Origin: Patescibacteria group bacterium
GTDB lineage: Bacteria > Patescibacteriota > Patescibacteriia > UBA11705 > JABHMO01
Direction: 5' to 3'
Assembly (NCBI GenBank): GCA_018818405.1
Contig: JAHIRY010000038.1
Location: 35,449-99,448 of the forward strand
DNA length: 64,000 nt
The notes beneath the pieces are model-generated. The model ran no database searches. It saw nothing but the letters and a program-made list of their open reading frames with translations, and was not told the origin of the DNA. A program made the translations under genes and the position numbers. Below are positions 62,589 to 64,000 of this stretch, piece by piece (position 1 is the first letter of the stretch; the number at the start of each line of letters is the position of its first letter).

Positions 62589-64000
62589 ATGTTCGATAAA
62601 TCAAATAATCCGAAAGAAGAAGATATTGAACTTTCAAAAACAAGAATCAATCTGCTTTCAGCGGACTCAAATACCGGCCCGCGAAGCGCTAAAATATGGG
62701 GCGTCGGCAAATTCGTGCTCTATCTCACTGTCATCTGCTTTATCGCTTTTTTGGTTTTCTCCTATCAAGTGCTCCTGACCGGCAGCAGCATCACGGAAAT
62801 GTTTAATGGAAAACTGAATATTTTCAAACAATTGAACACTTGGGCCGGAGAATCCGGCAAATTGCAAGGAGAAGTTGACGATCGCGTCAACATTATACTT
62901 TCAGGAATGGGCGGACCCGGACATGACGGACCGTATTTGACAGACACTATCATTATTGCCAGCATTCAGCCGTCAACAAAAAGAATCTCTTTTATTTCCG
63001 TTCCGCGAGACTTGCTGGTGGAAATTCCCGGCTACGGCTGGTGGAAAATAAACAATGCCAACGCTCTGGGAGAACAAAAAAGCGAGGGACAAGGCGGAGC
63101 ATTATTAAAAGAAGTCATCCAGCGAACATTTGACATGCCCATTCATTATTATGTGCGAGTTGATTTTTCCGGATTTGAAAAAATTATTGATGATCTGCAA
63201 GGCGTGAGAGTTTATGTTGACAGGAGTTTCATTGACTACCAATTTCCGGCTGATGATTACAAATATCAAGTCGTTTCATTTGAACAAGGCTGGCACACCA
63301 TGGACGGAAAAGAAGCGCTGGAATTCGCCCGCTCCAGACACGGAAACAATGGCGAAGGATCTGACTTTGCCAGAAGCAAACGCCAGCAAAAAATATTGCA
63401 GGCTGCAAAAGAAAAAATATTTTCTTATAATTTTCTGCTCAATCCCGCGAAGATAAGCAGTCTGACAAAAGAACTGGCCAATCATCTCACCACCGACCTG
63501 GAACCTTGGGAAGTCATAAAACTGGCGACTCTGCTGGAAAAATGCGACACGGAAAATATTCTGAGCGGAGTTCTGGACGACAGTCCCGGCGGTTATCTCT
63601 ACGCGAATGTGGTAAATTCAGCCTATGTGCTCGAACCGAGAGGCGGAGATTTTTCAGAAATTCAAGCGATGGCAAAAAATATTTTCAACGAACAAACCAA
63701 AATCACTGAAAAGAAAATCGTTAATCTGGAAATCAGAAACGGAACGGTTATCCCCGGACTGGCATCGCGCAATGCGGAAGAAGTGAAACTCTTGGGTTAT
63801 CGAGTGCTGAACCTCAGCAACGCGCCGGAACAAACATATCAAGAAACCGTTATTTATAAATTATCAAAACATGACCTGCCTGAAGAAACAAAATTTCTGG
63901 CAGACAAATACGCAACAACAATTACCGCGGAATCAATACCCGACTGGATAAATGAAACAGCCGCGCCTGACATTGATTTCATAATAATTCTCGGGAAAAA
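62589..64000 (+). CDS. LytR-CpsA-Psr (LCP) family protein, partial; continues past the window end
   Basis: TM anchor, ILSGMGGPGHDGPYLTDTIIIASI...SVPRDL LCP core, C-terminal LytR_C-like region; no stop before 64000. Confidence 0.8.
   Translation, partial: MFDKSNNPKEEDIELSKTRINLLSADSNTGPRSAKIWGVGKFVLYLTVICFIAFLVFSYQVLLTGSSITEMFNGKLNIFKQLNTWAGESGKLQGEVDDRVNIILSGMGGPGHDGPYLTDTIIIASIQPSTKRISFISVPRDLLVEIPGYGWWKINNANALGEQKSEGQGGALLKEVIQRTFDMPIHYYVRVDFSGFEKIIDDLQGVRVYVDRSFIDYQFPADDYKYQVVSFEQGWHTMDGKEALEFARSRHGNNGEGSDFARSKRQQKILQAAKEKIFSYNFLLNPAKISSLTKELANHLTTDLEPWEVIKLATLLEKCDTENILSGVLDDSPGGYLYANVVNSAYVLEPRGGDFSEIQAMAKNIFNEQTKITEKKIVNLEIRNGTVIPGLASRNAEEVKLLGYRVLNLSNAPEQTYQETVIYKLSKHDLPEETKFLADKYATTITAESIPDWINETAAPDIDFIIILGK

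Noticed and set aside
1-64000. tRNA/rRNA genes and diversity-generating retroelement or reverse transcriptase
   Set aside because: No intergenic segment shows tRNA-like acceptor/T-arm pairing or rRNA-like sequence, and no ORF carries RT motifs (YxDD). Nothing could be supported without a scanning tool.

Overview
This 64 kb window reads as an AT-rich, streamlined genome with locally GC-rich patches. Gene content and architecture (giant Cys-rich surface proteins, thrombospondin-type-3 repeat proteins, a minimal peptidoglycan/division set, no biosynthetic operons) point by inference to a CPR/Patescibacteria-like bacterium that uses the standard code: UGA stops are used and an intact RF2 is present.

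Recognisable housekeeping genes:
- tRNA modification: miaA, miaB.
- Cell wall and division: mraY-murD-ftsW, ftsA-ftsZ, signal peptidase I, and a partial LCP gene at the right edge.
- Fe-S assembly: an iscR-like Rrf2 regulator, iscU, nfu, iscS.
- Others: prs, rpmA, rpsU, yqeY, hisS, ksgA, prfB, htrA, ybeY-dgkA.
- Anaerobic ribonucleotide reductase: nrdD and nrdG.

Accessory and unusual content:
1. nrdD lacks its glycyl-radical tail. That tail is encoded as a separate 47-aa ORF immediately downstream.
2. Two paralogous small GIY-YIG (YhbQ/COG2827-like) nuclease genes are each embedded in their own family of palindromic, REP-like repeats. The two repeat families are recognisably related, and one has a remote triple copy at the rpsU locus.
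3. Two giant genes (2973 aa and 2822 aa) encode Cys-rich surface proteins. The second, together with an adjacent 643-aa protein, carries a shared N-terminal two-helix, pilin-like membrane anchor.
4. Several other dispersed repeat families and very long perfect palindromes are present (58 bp and 48 bp), plus two MITE-like hairpin elements built from hexamer repeats.
5. A GC-rich (~60%) PEGA-domain lipoprotein paralog carries a (GGCGAA)n hexamer repeat.
6. The left edge is a GC-rich island holding two divergent hypothetical genes.
7. A block of secreted proteins contains papain-like (C39-like) peptidase domains.

No tRNA, rRNA, CRISPR array or reverse transcriptase was recognised.
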